Origin: Bdellovibrionota bacterium
GTDB lineage: Bacteria; Bdellovibrionota_G; JALEGL01; DATDPG01
NCBI GenBank assembly: GCA_963668355.1
Contig: OY764265.1
Span: 1,408,001 to 1,472,000, forward strand
Direction: 5' to 3'
DNA length: 64,000 nt
Part shown: positions 8,423 to 17,940 of the stretch, piece after piece
Layout of the letters: each line of letters opens with the position of its first letter
Position numbering within the stretch: position 1 is the first letter of the stretch
Program-made: the position numbers and the translations under genes
The notes under the pieces: generated by a model
Databases searched by the model: none
Seen by the model: only the letters and a program-made list of their open reading frames with translations
Told to the model about the DNA's origin: nothing

Positions 8423-10591
8423 CTACTCCCAGTTCAATGTACCCAGGTCTATGGATCGCGCGTTATAGATGGCATTCTCTGTGACAGTGAGGGGAAGACT
8501 CTGCGATTTCCCTTCTTGGTTTCGAACGACATATTTACCCGAAAACGCCACATTTCCTCTCTTCATTTGCGCATAAGGAACCGTCCAAGATATGAGTCCC
8601 TCTTCATTGGCATGAGCCGTTTGAGAAAATGTAAACGACTCATTGGGGGCAAAAATTTTCCCCTCAAGGGTTAAAGATGGCTCATTTGTTAAGCTATACA
8701 AGCGGGCTCCGGGCACCCGTTCAAACAATTTTAGGGCAGATGTCGTTTGATCGTCCGGATTGGCAAAAGGACTGACATAAAGAAGGCGCCAATCGGTGGG
8801 AAAAACACCCTCTTCATTTTTTCCATTCCGAACAAAAAACCGCAAAGTCTGAAGTTTTAGGGTTTTTGGAGAGGCTTGAAGAAAGGTTCCGCCTTGATCA
8901 TTCGTTTTCGAAGCAAAGTAAGAATCCAAATCGCGCCCCAAAAAATCGAGCCATTTTCGAATGCGCCGATTTGGACCTTCTACGACCAAGTAGTTCACGG
9001 GATATTTTTCCATGTACGCTTGAAAATCTTTTTCCGACTCGGAGCAAAACATTTGCAAGGTTTCAAACGATTCCAAAGACTGAAAAGGATGAGAAACGAC
9101 AGGAACGTGGCCATAGTACAGTAGCCAATGTCCAAAATCCCAATGGCCGGAAACCGCTCGTTGATCTACTGGCCGAGGGTGAAGTTTGTTTTCCGATCGC
9201 AAAAAAGTCCCGAGCTGTCGAATGGGTCGGTAAAGAGGGTGCGTGTTTTCGCGATGTGTCCATCCCAGCTCAGGTCTGGCGGGCAAAATGATCAAGAAAA
9301 GAAGAAGGAAGGTCCCGAGGATTTGCCACTTCCGGCTGGACACCTTTTTTTGAATCAGATGATGAATGATCCATGCAGAAAGAATGGCCACCAAAGGCAT
9401 GGCCAGTCCGACAAATCGAGCCTGAAGTAGGGCGAGTACCATGGGTCCCAAAGCAAAGCCACCAATCCACCAGCTCGAACGTTTCAAGCCAATTTGAAGC
9501 AATCCAATCCACGCAATGAAAAGAGGCCCCAAACCCAAGGGAAGCCAGGTGGCCGGGTGTAAACGGAGGGGGCTAATGGCTTCATTGGTGATGGAGAGAA
9601 GCCCTTGAGATCCAGTTACCGTATGGAACATTTGGGAGGGGATTGATACGAGCGTCCCAAAGCCGCCGTGAAAGAACACCCACCCAAGCAAAGCCAGGAG
9701 ATACATCAACGAAAGCGCAAACCATGATGTGGAGCGTGAGTGGCGTTTAACGGCATTCCAGAAATGGAAAGAAGCAGACGCGGCCCCAAAAAACAGTGGA
9801 GTCCACCAGGAAAAACCAAAAGGCGAAACCAAGCCGTTTGTGAATCGATCCGTCAGTGCCAGTAAGATTAGATTGAGAATCGAGGAAAAGAGAAACAGCC
9901 TTCCCAAAGACTTTGGTTTTACGTTAGATGAATCTAAAAGAGCTGAAAGGGCCAGAAACAAACCCAAAACCCATGCCTGCGGCCAGAAAGCTGGAGCCAG
10001 GCCCAGAACCAAGGCCAGAGAAAGAAAAGCTCCTTTTCGCCCTTTTCGAAAAAGCAAAAGAAGCCAAAAAACCAAAATAACACAGAGTGCTTCTAAAAAA
10101 TGATGGTCTAGCCGTCCAATGGAAGATTTGTAAATGGCGGAAGGAGAAAGCGTAAAAAGCAAAGCCGATGCGAAAGCCACCGTTGAGCCAAACAAAAGAT
10201 AAGCAGAGGCTCCAACAAGTATCAACCCTGGGAAGGCGAGAAGGGGAATTAAGATCGCAGAGTAAGCTTCAATGGTTTGCGTGTCGGTCACGCCAAATAG
10301 CTTTAAAGGGGTGGCTACAAGCAGATCCAAGCCCAAAGGCCAAGGGACATCAAAACCGTTCGGGAAAGAGAGCATCTCATCATGTAACGGGTAGGTGAGA
10401 TCCGATTTCACCATTTGTTCAATGCGATGGAGGCGGTAGTATGGGTCCGTATCGTTGAATGCGATGCCATGACTGGTAAACACACCGGGAGCGTTTTGAA
10501 ATCGAAGCCCTAAAAAGAGAATGCCCAGAGCGAACCAAATGTACTTCCTCCACACGCCACCGATCTTAACCTTCCGAAAGAGGATCACCAA
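8423..10591 (-). CDS. STT3/AglB/PglB-family oligosaccharyltransferase
   Basis: DTDPYY, LDHH, HWDFGHW (WWDYG variant) and SHPFQ motifs; many TM helices; true start may be GTG 10555. Confidence 0.85.
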   Translation of the reverse strand: MVILFRKVKIGGVWRKYIWFALGILFLGLRFQNAPGVFTSHGIAFNDTDPYYRLHRIEQMVKSDLTYPLHDEMLSFPNGFDVPWPLGLDLLVATPLKLFGVTDTQTIEAYSAILIPLLAFPGLILVGASAYLLFGSTVAFASALLFTLSPSAIYKSSIGRLDHHFLEALCVILVFWLLLLFRKGRKGAFLSLALVLGLAPAFWPQAWVLGLFLALSALLDSSNVKPKSLGRLFLFSSILNLILLALTDRFTNGLVSPFGFSWWTPLFFGAASASFHFWNAVKRHSRSTSWFALSLMYLLALLGWVFFHGGFGTLVSIPSQMFHTVTGSQGLLSITNEAISPLRLHPATWLPLGLGPLFIAWIGLLQIGLKRSSWWIGGFALGPMVLALLQARFVGLAMPLVAILSAWIIHHLIQKKVSSRKWQILGTFLLLFLIILPARPELGWTHRENTHPLYRPIRQLGTFLRSENKLHPRPVDQRAVSGHWDFGHWLLYYGHVPVVSHPFQSLESFETLQMFCSESEKDFQAYMEKYPVNYLVVEGPNRRIRKWLDFLGRDLDSYFASKTNDQGGTFLQASPKTLKLQTLRFFVRNGKNEEGVFPTDWRLLYVSPFANPDDQTTSALKLFERVPGARLYSLTNEPSLTLEGKIFAPNESFTFSQTAHANEEGLISWTVPYAQMKRGNVAFSGKYVVRNQEGKSQSLPLTVTENAIYNARSIDLGTLNWE

Positions 10592-10593
10592 CT

Positions 10594-11736
10594 ATGCTTA
10601 GAACCTCAAGCAGAATCCCCTCTAGCCTGGAAAGCAACGCGATTACAACGGCCTTTCAGCTGAAAAAGTCTAGAAGAGAAAAAATCATCGATTTGACCGA
10701 GTCCAATCCAACTCAAGTGGGTTTTCGATACCCAGAACGCGAAATATCCAGCATTTTTGGAAAGGCTGAGACCTTTTTGTACGAACCCGAGCCGAGAGGG
10801 CTGCTGAGCACGCGCTCTTTCATCGCAAAGAATTGTTCGCCGCTTATAGGACCGGAAAATGTGTGGATGACCTCGAGTAGCAGCGAATCTTATTCATTTT
10901 TGTTCAAGTTACTATGTGACCCTGGTGATGAGGTGCTTGTGCCGACTCCAAGTTATCCCCTTTTCGAGGGATTGCTCAATATGGACGGGGTCAGGCCAAG
11001 GTTTTATTCACTGGAGCATGGGAAAGGCTGGTGGCTCAATCGTTCCCACATCGAAAGAGAAGTTTCTCAAAAGACAAGAGCCATCTTGATTGTGAATCCA
11101 AACAATCCAACAGGAAACTTCGTGTCAGAAAACGATCAAGAGTGGTTATTAGATTTTTGTCGAATAAAAAACATTCCTCTCATCGTGGACGAAGTGTTCT
11201 TTCAGTTTCCGGTGCAGGGAAAGGGCCGGTCTTTTTCAGAATTTCTTAAAGAAGATGTGTCGCTGTTCGTTCTCGGAGGTTTCTCGAAGCAATTTGCGCT
11301 GCCCCAAGTGAAACTGTCATGGATTCTTTCGAATATAGATGCCAGTGGGGCCGAACAGTTGGATTGGATTTCAGACCACTACTTAACCGTGCCTTCGCTT
11401 CAACAACATGCGTGTAAAAAATTATGGGGGGCGCTGTCCAGCGTACTCCCTCAAGTAAGGGAGAGGGTGAATCGAAACTATTCCCTTCTTTGCCGAGAGA
11501 TGGAGTCGAGTCAGGTAAAGGTGCTGGCCTGTGAAGGAGGATGGAATGCCGTTCTTTCGCTTCCCTCAAGTGTAAATGAAGAGGAAACGGTGTTGGGACT
11601 TTTGGAAAATAGGGGCGTGTTGGTGTATCCAGGATTCTATTTTGACCTGCCTTTTCAAAGTTCTTTGGTGATTAGCCTCTTGCTCGAAGAAGCGGACTTT
11701 CGGTCGGGAATCCAGGCATTGAGAGATTCTCTTTAA
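10594..11736 (+). CDS. PLP-dependent class I/II aminotransferase
   Basis: NPNNPTG, VDEVF and GFSK (PLP lysine) motifs. Confidence 0.9.
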   Translation: MLRTSSRIPSSLESNAITTAFQLKKSRREKIIDLTESNPTQVGFRYPEREISSIFGKAETFLYEPEPRGLLSTRSFIAKNCSPLIGPENVWMTSSSSESYSFLFKLLCDPGDEVLVPTPSYPLFEGLLNMDGVRPRFYSLEHGKGWWLNRSHIEREVSQKTRAILIVNPNNPTGNFVSENDQEWLLDFCRIKNIPLIVDEVFFQFPVQGKGRSFSEFLKEDVSLFVLGGFSKQFALPQVKLSWILSNIDASGAEQLDWISDHYLTVPSLQQHACKKLWGALSSVLPQVRERVNRNYSLLCREMESSQVKVLACEGGWNAVLSLPSSVNEEETVLGLLENRGVLVYPGFYFDLPFQSSLVISLLLEEADFRSGIQALRDSL

Positions 11737-12335
11737 TCGTCTTCGATTTCTTCCCAACCGGTGATCATGGCCTTGATGTTGGAGGTTGGCGTGCGCCCGG
11801 TCGTTGTGAGGTAAATGTGTCCAAACATGAAGGTCAATAAGAGGTACGCGGCAAAAACATGTATTTGCGCGACCCAGCCCAAATCCAACCAAGTTAAGCC
11901 GAGACTCGGCCAGTGATGGAAAAGTAGATAAAGAAGTCCGGTGGTTCCCAAAATGGGAAAAAGCAATAGTTTAAAAGATAAGTAGGCTAAGCGTTGCAGT
12001 GGATTGAGTTTGGATAAAAGCGTTTTTTTCACGGGGTGGGGTTCGTGACGAAAGATACCCAAAACATAGAATCGAATCATTGCGACCAGAAAAGAACGGG
12101 TGGGAATATATTGCTTCCACTCTCCGGTCGTAAAGTGCCAAAAAATCGCAAAAGCGACGAGTATCAAGAGGGCGAGTGCGAATGCAATATGGAGTTGCAC
12201 GGAGGTATGAAAATCAAACACTCGAAACCAAGAGAAACGCATATTGAATCCCGTCAAAGCCAACAAAAGAATCAATACTGCCTGACCCCAATGCCAAATG
12301 CGTTCAAATCGTTTGTAAATGAAGACTTTTTTCAT
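11733..12335 (-). CDS. Membrane cytochrome b (PhsC/HydC-like), partner of the Otr-type cytochrome
   Basis: Four TM segments with His ligands (RIWHW, QLH, QIH, FGHIY); NPLQRLAY motif. Confidence 0.88.
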   Translation of the reverse strand: MKKVFIYKRFERIWHWGQAVLILLLALTGFNMRFSWFRVFDFHTSVQLHIAFALALLILVAFAIFWHFTTGEWKQYIPTRSFLVAMIRFYVLGIFRHEPHPVKKTLLSKLNPLQRLAYLSFKLLLFPILGTTGLLYLLFHHWPSLGLTWLDLGWVAQIHVFAAYLLLTFMFGHIYLTTTGRTPTSNIKAMITGWEEIEDD

Positions 12336-14182
12336 TGGTCCGTCCCCCGATGTTGACCTTGTTTTCGAGAGAAAAGACGGAGAAGCGCATGAATCGAGGC
12401 GGCCAGCAGTGTGCCGATCATCAGGAACAGACCGAATCCGTCGAGGAGATTTCCGGAGTCCCGGCCCAATAAGTAGAAACCTTGTAGATGAGCCAAACGT
12501 CCTTTCTTTGAGTGACAGCTTTCACAACTCAAGGCCTGTTCTTTGGGCGCGACCATATGAGACAGGGGCCAATGCATTTCGGTTTGAATGAAGGAAAAGG
12601 TTCCGCTGTAGGGCTGATTTGCCGCAGCCATTCCTTTCTTAATCGAAGTCTCCCAATCAAAATCGGCCCAGTAGGCCCCACTGCCCTTTTTTCCAAATAG
12701 CTTGGGAACAACCAAGGTTTGGTTTGCCGGATCGTAGGGTTGTTTTCCTCGATGGATCTTGAAAGGCCATATTCGTGCATTGGAATCTTCATAACTTCCA
12801 TTTAACGAATTGATTTGCACGACCGGTTGAGAAAAGTCCAAGCGATTGTATTGTCCCATGTATGGATCGTAATCATAGGGAAGAGATTCTGAGCCCGGTT
12901 TTTTCGTATCTAACACGTCGCCCAAAAAGATTTGATCGACTTTCCCATTGAACCATCTGTATTCGGGTGCAATGTTTTTCGCCCAAAGAAATTCACCTTT
13001 TTTCGACGAGTAGGTGATGACTTCCGTACCATCTTGGAGTCTTGATTTTTGTGTTATCGCATTTCCTTTCTCGTCCTTCTTTCCGGCCTTGGACCAGTCC
13101 CACCACATTTTGGTTGGACGCTCTCTCGCGAATGTTGGTACATGACAGGTTTGACAGGCGATTCGTGCCATGTGGCGGTTTAATAAAGAATCTTCATGGG
13201 GCTTGTCTGTATGGCAAGACTGACAGGCCAAAAAATTCCGTTCGCTATCTTTCTTTAAAATTTTAAATTTGGGATCTTCAACGCCGGGAATCGTAAAGCA
13301 ACGTCCGGAAATTTTATGCTGATGCGTGGTGTGACAGTCGACACATGAAAAGTTAAGTCCCTTTGAATTCATGTGAACATCAATGTCCTTGGTTGGGTTT
13401 TCGAGCGTGGCATCCATGTCTCCATGTTTGACGCCTTCACCGCCCCCACCCCAAAAATGACAGGCTCCGCAAGTTTGTCGAGACGGTTTGCCGATGTTTT
13501 GAGCAATATGGGCCAAATCAACGGGTTGCCAAACATTCCCAGAGTTTTTGGGCCATTCTTTCGAAATGTAGTTGGGATGCCCGGCATCAGTGGGAAATTT
13601 TCGATAGGTGCCAGTTGTGTCGTGGCAAACTAAGCAATCGACGTTCATTTCGCTGGAAAAGTCGAAGTCCTGGTCTTTCCATCCGTATCCCGCATGGCAG
13701 CTTGTGCAACGCGGCTCATTCGAAGCCAAGGCAATGCAGAAATTGTTTACAACGTGTTTTCCTTTCCCAATCTTTAGACTCTTGGGACAGAGCCACGTCC
13801 AGTGACTGGTTTTCATGACCTGTTTGGCGGCTTCGGTGTGACACGTTAAACAGGTCGCTGTGACTTCAGGCCCCGAACGAAAAGGGCCTTTTAAGATGGC
13901 AAAGCGACGATGGTCGGCGGTGGCTGTAATTTCTTTTTTTGGGAAGTGAACCTCATCTTTGGGAATCGAAATTTGAAGAGAGGGAGGCGCGTCATGGCAT
14001 TCCAGACAAGCTTGCTTGGTTTTTTCTCCTTCCTTGAAATGTTCGAGAAGAATCTTCTGTTTGGTCTGGTCCGAAATGAAACGTTGTCGATCAATTTTTT
14101 TCTTAGGTTGCCATGCCCCAAATGCGTTGAAACCCATCAGGAGGGTTACTATTATTAGAAAATTCGCATATTTGCGGGCCAT
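12332..14182 (-). CDS. otr: Octaheme tetrathionate reductase (Otr)-family cytochrome c with a ninth heme motif and C-terminal membrane anchor
   Basis: 9 CxxCH; SHWTW, NNFC, CTSCHAGYGW, GGGGEGVKHGD and SHMVAP family motifs; start ATG 14182 precedes a signal peptide. Confidence 0.88.
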   Translation of the reverse strand: MARKYANFLIIVTLLMGFNAFGAWQPKKKIDRQRFISDQTKQKILLEHFKEGEKTKQACLECHDAPPSLQISIPKDEVHFPKKEITATADHRRFAILKGPFRSGPEVTATCLTCHTEAAKQVMKTSHWTWLCPKSLKIGKGKHVVNNFCIALASNEPRCTSCHAGYGWKDQDFDFSSEMNVDCLVCHDTTGTYRKFPTDAGHPNYISKEWPKNSGNVWQPVDLAHIAQNIGKPSRQTCGACHFWGGGGEGVKHGDMDATLENPTKDIDVHMNSKGLNFSCVDCHTTHQHKISGRCFTIPGVEDPKFKILKKDSERNFLACQSCHTDKPHEDSLLNRHMARIACQTCHVPTFARERPTKMWWDWSKAGKKDEKGNAITQKSRLQDGTEVITYSSKKGEFLWAKNIAPEYRWFNGKVDQIFLGDVLDTKKPGSESLPYDYDPYMGQYNRLDFSQPVVQINSLNGSYEDSNARIWPFKIHRGKQPYDPANQTLVVPKLFGKKGSGAYWADFDWETSIKKGMAAANQPYSGTFSFIQTEMHWPLSHMVAPKEQALSCESCHSKKGRLAHLQGFYLLGRDSGNLLDGFGLFLMIGTLLAASIHALLRLFSRKQGQHRGTDQ

Positions 14183-14192
14183 GGCTAAATAA

Positions 14193-15338
14193 TCATAACA
14201 AAGTGGGTGCAATTTTCCCGTTTCGCAAGGTCCCCATTTTAACCTCTCGATCATTCCGCCCAAAAGAGTTCCAGCGAATTCTTCCGGTGATGCCAGAAAA
14301 ATCCGGACCGTTTTGGAGAAGTTGAAGCAATTGCGTGTGTGTTGTGGGGTTTTTCAATAATGCCCGAGCCAAGAGATGTATCGTGTCATAGGTGGCCATG
14401 GAACGGGTATCTGCACGGAATCCATGCTTTTTGAAAAAGGCCTCTTCGAATGCTTTCTGCTTGGGTGTGAATTCTGTTAACAGAGGCACATAGAAATTTT
14501 GGTCCCACTCTTGGCTAGAGCGCAGAAAAGATTCCTCTAAAAAGCCCGGTCCTCCAAAAAAAGTTGCAGGACTTCCTTTCGTTTTCCAGCTTTTAAGAAA
14601 AGAAATGGCCTCCAAGGGTTTGGCCAGGATGACGAAATTGCGAATAGGTTGTTCCAAGACCTGTGCAGTAGTGGAATGGTTTGAATTTAAATGAAGATGA
14701 AGCGTGGGCGTCAGGTGCTGTTTTCGTAACTCCTTGAGAACTTCTTCGGTAAGAAAGCGAGAGTCGTGATCAAGCGATGAAAGGAGAATCATTTGCGTAC
14801 GTTTCTGTTTCACCAGTGTATGGACCAACGCTTTTGCGATTTGTCGATCTCCGGGAAGAACCGAAAGCGCCCAAGGGACATCGGCATTATTCACGGAATC
14901 ATCGGTGCTTCCAAAGTCCAATAGAGGGAGACGTGCTTTGGTGACAACCTGCTCGGCCAAGTGGGTCGCATGTCCGTTGACTGAGCCTAACCAAGCCCAG
15001 ATGTTGTGTTCATAGGTCATTCGAGCCATTTGAGAAACACCGGCTCCCCACGGATTTTCGGACCAAGCGGGAAGAAGAAGCAGGCGATTACCATTCAATT
15101 CCTTTTTTTGATTAATTTCCTCAATGGCCTGCTGAGCACATAACCACGGCCCTTGATCCTTTGAGGTGGAAGAGGGATTGGGGCCAAAAAAGCCAATGGG
15201 TATTTCTTGTTTAGCACTTAGGCGAAGAGGCGTGCTCGGCCCGTGATAGCTGGCCGGTTCAGATCGGTGTGGCTTATAGAATTCACCGAACGCAGAGAAT
15301 GGCAAACAAAGGCATAGAATCAGAGAAAAGGCTCTCAT
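14193..15338 (-). CDS. Type 1 periplasmic binding protein (Leu/Ile/Val-like)
   Basis: Signal peptide; IGFFGP, A.QAIEEIN and FSGITGRI.W motifs; paralogous to the next gene. Confidence 0.82.
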   Translation of the reverse strand: MRAFSLILCLCLPFSAFGEFYKPHRSEPASYHGPSTPLRLSAKQEIPIGFFGPNPSSTSKDQGPWLCAQQAIEEINQKKELNGNRLLLLPAWSENPWGAGVSQMARMTYEHNIWAWLGSVNGHATHLAEQVVTKARLPLLDFGSTDDSVNNADVPWALSVLPGDRQIAKALVHTLVKQKRTQMILLSSLDHDSRFLTEEVLKELRKQHLTPTLHLHLNSNHSTTAQVLEQPIRNFVILAKPLEAISFLKSWKTKGSPATFFGGPGFLEESFLRSSQEWDQNFYVPLLTEFTPKQKAFEEAFFKKHGFRADTRSMATYDTIHLLARALLKNPTTHTQLLQLLQNGPDFSGITGRIRWNSFGRNDREVKMGTLRNGKIAPTLL

Positions 15339-15340
15339 TT

Positions 15341-16735
15341 CTAGGAACGCGGAGGAATTTTCAAATCAGACCGAGAAAAATAATTCCATTCCCCTTGTTT
15401 GAATCGGGCTAAGAAGACCTCTCCGGCATCATCCAGTGCTGCACTAAAGGGGATCTCTCCGGTTATCCCGTCCCAAGGCTGGTTTCGATGTGCCAGGACA
15501 TCTCTAATTTTTGCTCGATTGAGTCCGGCTTGCTGAATTCCCCAAATGAGAAGATTCATGCCATCATAGCCATGGGCTGCGTAGGTATCGGGATGAATGC
15601 CAAAACGCTTTTCAAAAACCCGATAAAAACGTTTGAGCTTGGGATCGTTTCGGTTCGGATTCCAGGGGTATCCAGCGATCACGTCTTCCGCATTCTCTCC
15701 AGCAATTTTCACAAATTCAGGCGAAACGCTTCGATCACTCGTGAAGTAGGGTTGCTTCATTCCCATCTTCCGCATTTGATTTAGAACAAGTGCGCTTTCC
15801 GGAGCATCTCCCCAATGAACAATGGCGTCGAGATTGGATTCCTTGAGTCGCTTTAATTGTAGTGAGAAGTCTTCAATTCCAAGTTGATAAGCCATTTCTA
15901 TGATGACGGGATAGCCCAGACGTCTTGCGCTGTCCTTGATTTCTCTGACTCCAAATCGACCGTACCGATTGCTACTTCGAATGATTCCAATTCGCCGAAA
16001 CCCCTTTTTCCGGATCATATAATCCACAAGTAAATAACTCTGTTGTCGGTCGTCTCCAATGCAACGAAATACCCAGGGAATATTGGTTTCAATAAATGTG
16101 GGATCTGTGTCTCCGGAGTTCATCATGGGGATTTCCGCTTTCAAGGCCACACGGATGGCAATGTGACTATTGGCGCCATCAATTGTTCCCAGGATGGCCC
16201 AGGTATGGTCTTTATAAGCCAATTTCACAATTTCATTTCCAGAGGCACCCCAGAGTCCATTGTCATTGCTGATGACCAATTCAAAAGGAATCGCTCTTTT
16301 AACGTATCCCCCTTTTTGATTGGCCTCTTCAATGGCCAATTGAGCACCCTTTAACATCATTCTTCCCAAAGGCTCTTCGTGACTCTTTCCTCCGGTAGCT
16401 ACGGAAACGGTGGATTCAATGGGACCAATGAATCCGATTTTGACGGTCTTTACATTTTCTGGCTCTGGAATGGCTCTTCCGGGACCTGTGTACTCCATTT
16501 GTTCCAGAAAATGACGCTTGTAAGGCTCTTTGTTCCCAAAAGGTGCCACGTCGCCGGGAGTGCTGGCATATTTCGGATCTTTCTTTAGGGGAAGGTCCGG
16601 AACCTGGTAAGCGTTGACCTCATTGATGCGTTTGAGAACTTCACCCGTTGGAAGTTGTTTTTCTTCTTCCGTTGCGATGGCAAATGAGGACAGACAAATC
16701 CCAATAAGGAAAATTAAAAAAGGTGTCTTATTCAT
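15341..16735 (-). CDS. Type 1 periplasmic binding protein (Leu/Ile/Val-like)
   Basis: Start 16735 (GGAGG RBS, overlaps upstream stop); KIGFIGP, GAQLAIEEAN, YAAHGYDG and GITGEI.F motifs. Confidence 0.88.
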   Translation of the reverse strand: MNKTPFLIFLIGICLSSFAIATEEEKQLPTGEVLKRINEVNAYQVPDLPLKKDPKYASTPGDVAPFGNKEPYKRHFLEQMEYTGPGRAIPEPENVKTVKIGFIGPIESTVSVATGGKSHEEPLGRMMLKGAQLAIEEANQKGGYVKRAIPFELVISNDNGLWGASGNEIVKLAYKDHTWAILGTIDGANSHIAIRVALKAEIPMMNSGDTDPTFIETNIPWVFRCIGDDRQQSYLLVDYMIRKKGFRRIGIIRSSNRYGRFGVREIKDSARRLGYPVIIEMAYQLGIEDFSLQLKRLKESNLDAIVHWGDAPESALVLNQMRKMGMKQPYFTSDRSVSPEFVKIAGENAEDVIAGYPWNPNRNDPKLKRFYRVFEKRFGIHPDTYAAHGYDGMNLLIWGIQQAGLNRAKIRDVLAHRNQPWDGITGEIPFSAALDDAGEVFLARFKQGEWNYFSRSDLKIPPRS

Positions 16736-17931
16736 TTCTTTCCTCCCTTTAGTCTCGGGAAATAGTCCGTACCTTTTCCGAACGCCAGGCCCTTGGAGGT
16801 TCCAACCCAAATATCCTTCCCATCCACTTCAGCCGCTAAGGCATAATTATGAGGAATGTTTATCCCCGTTTCGACCCTTCGAATCATTTTGCGATTTCGA
16901 TAAACTTCTGCCCAACCGGTTTTTTTTTGGGGATCTCGCGTATAAGTCACCCAAGTGTTGGAAGGAAAATCCACAATGGCTCCAACACCTTTGTCGGTGC
17001 AATACCAGGCTTCATTGGCATTTCGTCCTTCCACAAAATTGATGAAGTCGCTCGGAATTCCCGAGTCTTTGTTGAAAAAACCTCGCCAATTTCTGCCGTC
17101 ATAGCGAGATCCTCCGAAATATGAGGAGGCCCAAAGAATGTGATCAATATAACTAACACCGGTGGTGATGACATGGACGATCCCGTCATCCCGATAAAGA
17201 TCGATTTCCATTTCCCCGTCGGGGTCCAAGTAGTCTTTCCACCGGTCCTCGGCAACATCATATTCCAAAATGCCACTTCCCCAGACGCCAAAAAAGACCT
17301 TGCCATCTGCGTAGGATACGCCGTAATTCCAAATTTCTTCCATGGGTGCATTCTTTTCCGTAAAAATGCTCCACTCTCCTGAAACCATGTTGAAACGACT
17401 GGATCCTGCGGTCGTGGCGGCCCAAATGTTTTCGTTTTCGATGGCAACCCCATAGACAACATCATTCACCAAACCACTGTTCATTTGATGCCAATGATCG
17501 AAGCGAGGGTTCTTGCTTTTGTATCCACTGAGTCGAGCCAGTCCTCCGCCAAAGAGACCCAGCCAGACATCGCCCGTCTTTTTGTCAATGTCGATGGAAG
17601 AGACCACTCTCCAAGGAAGGCGTTCTTTTTCCGTCCAGGTTCGTTCGACCTTCATCGTATTCTTATTGATTAAGGCCAAACCGTTTTCCGTTCCTACCCA
17701 AACACGGGGTCCGTCGACTTTCACAGCGAAGATGTGGTCGTTCGGAAGGCCATCTTTTACGGTAAACTGCTGCCAGTCGGTGTAGATGAAGGGCATTCCT
17801 TCCTCCACGCTTAAAGATGCAGATGTGGAAGACTTTTTGGGAGGGGGAGTTTTGCTCATGGGTAGGTTGGATTTCCCACAGGAAAACAACATCGTTGAGC
17901 AAAGAACAACAATCCATTGCCGACTTTTCAT
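16732..17931 (-). CDS. Lipoprotein with two-component-regulator-type beta-propeller repeats
   Basis: Lipobox LFSC; repeated GLP.D.I...VWVGT..GL blades. Confidence 0.85.
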   Translation of the reverse strand: MKSRQWIVVLCSTMLFSCGKSNLPMSKTPPPKKSSTSASLSVEEGMPFIYTDWQQFTVKDGLPNDHIFAVKVDGPRVWVGTENGLALINKNTMKVERTWTEKERLPWRVVSSIDIDKKTGDVWLGLFGGGLARLSGYKSKNPRFDHWHQMNSGLVNDVVYGVAIENENIWAATTAGSSRFNMVSGEWSIFTEKNAPMEEIWNYGVSYADGKVFFGVWGSGILEYDVAEDRWKDYLDPDGEMEIDLYRDDGIVHVITTGVSYIDHILWASSYFGGSRYDGRNWRGFFNKDSGIPSDFINFVEGRNANEAWYCTDKGVGAIVDFPSNTWVTYTRDPQKKTGWAEVYRNRKMIRRVETGINIPHNYALAAEVDGKDIWVGTSKGLAFGKGTDYFPRLKGGKK

Positions 17932-17940
17932 TTCATCTCC

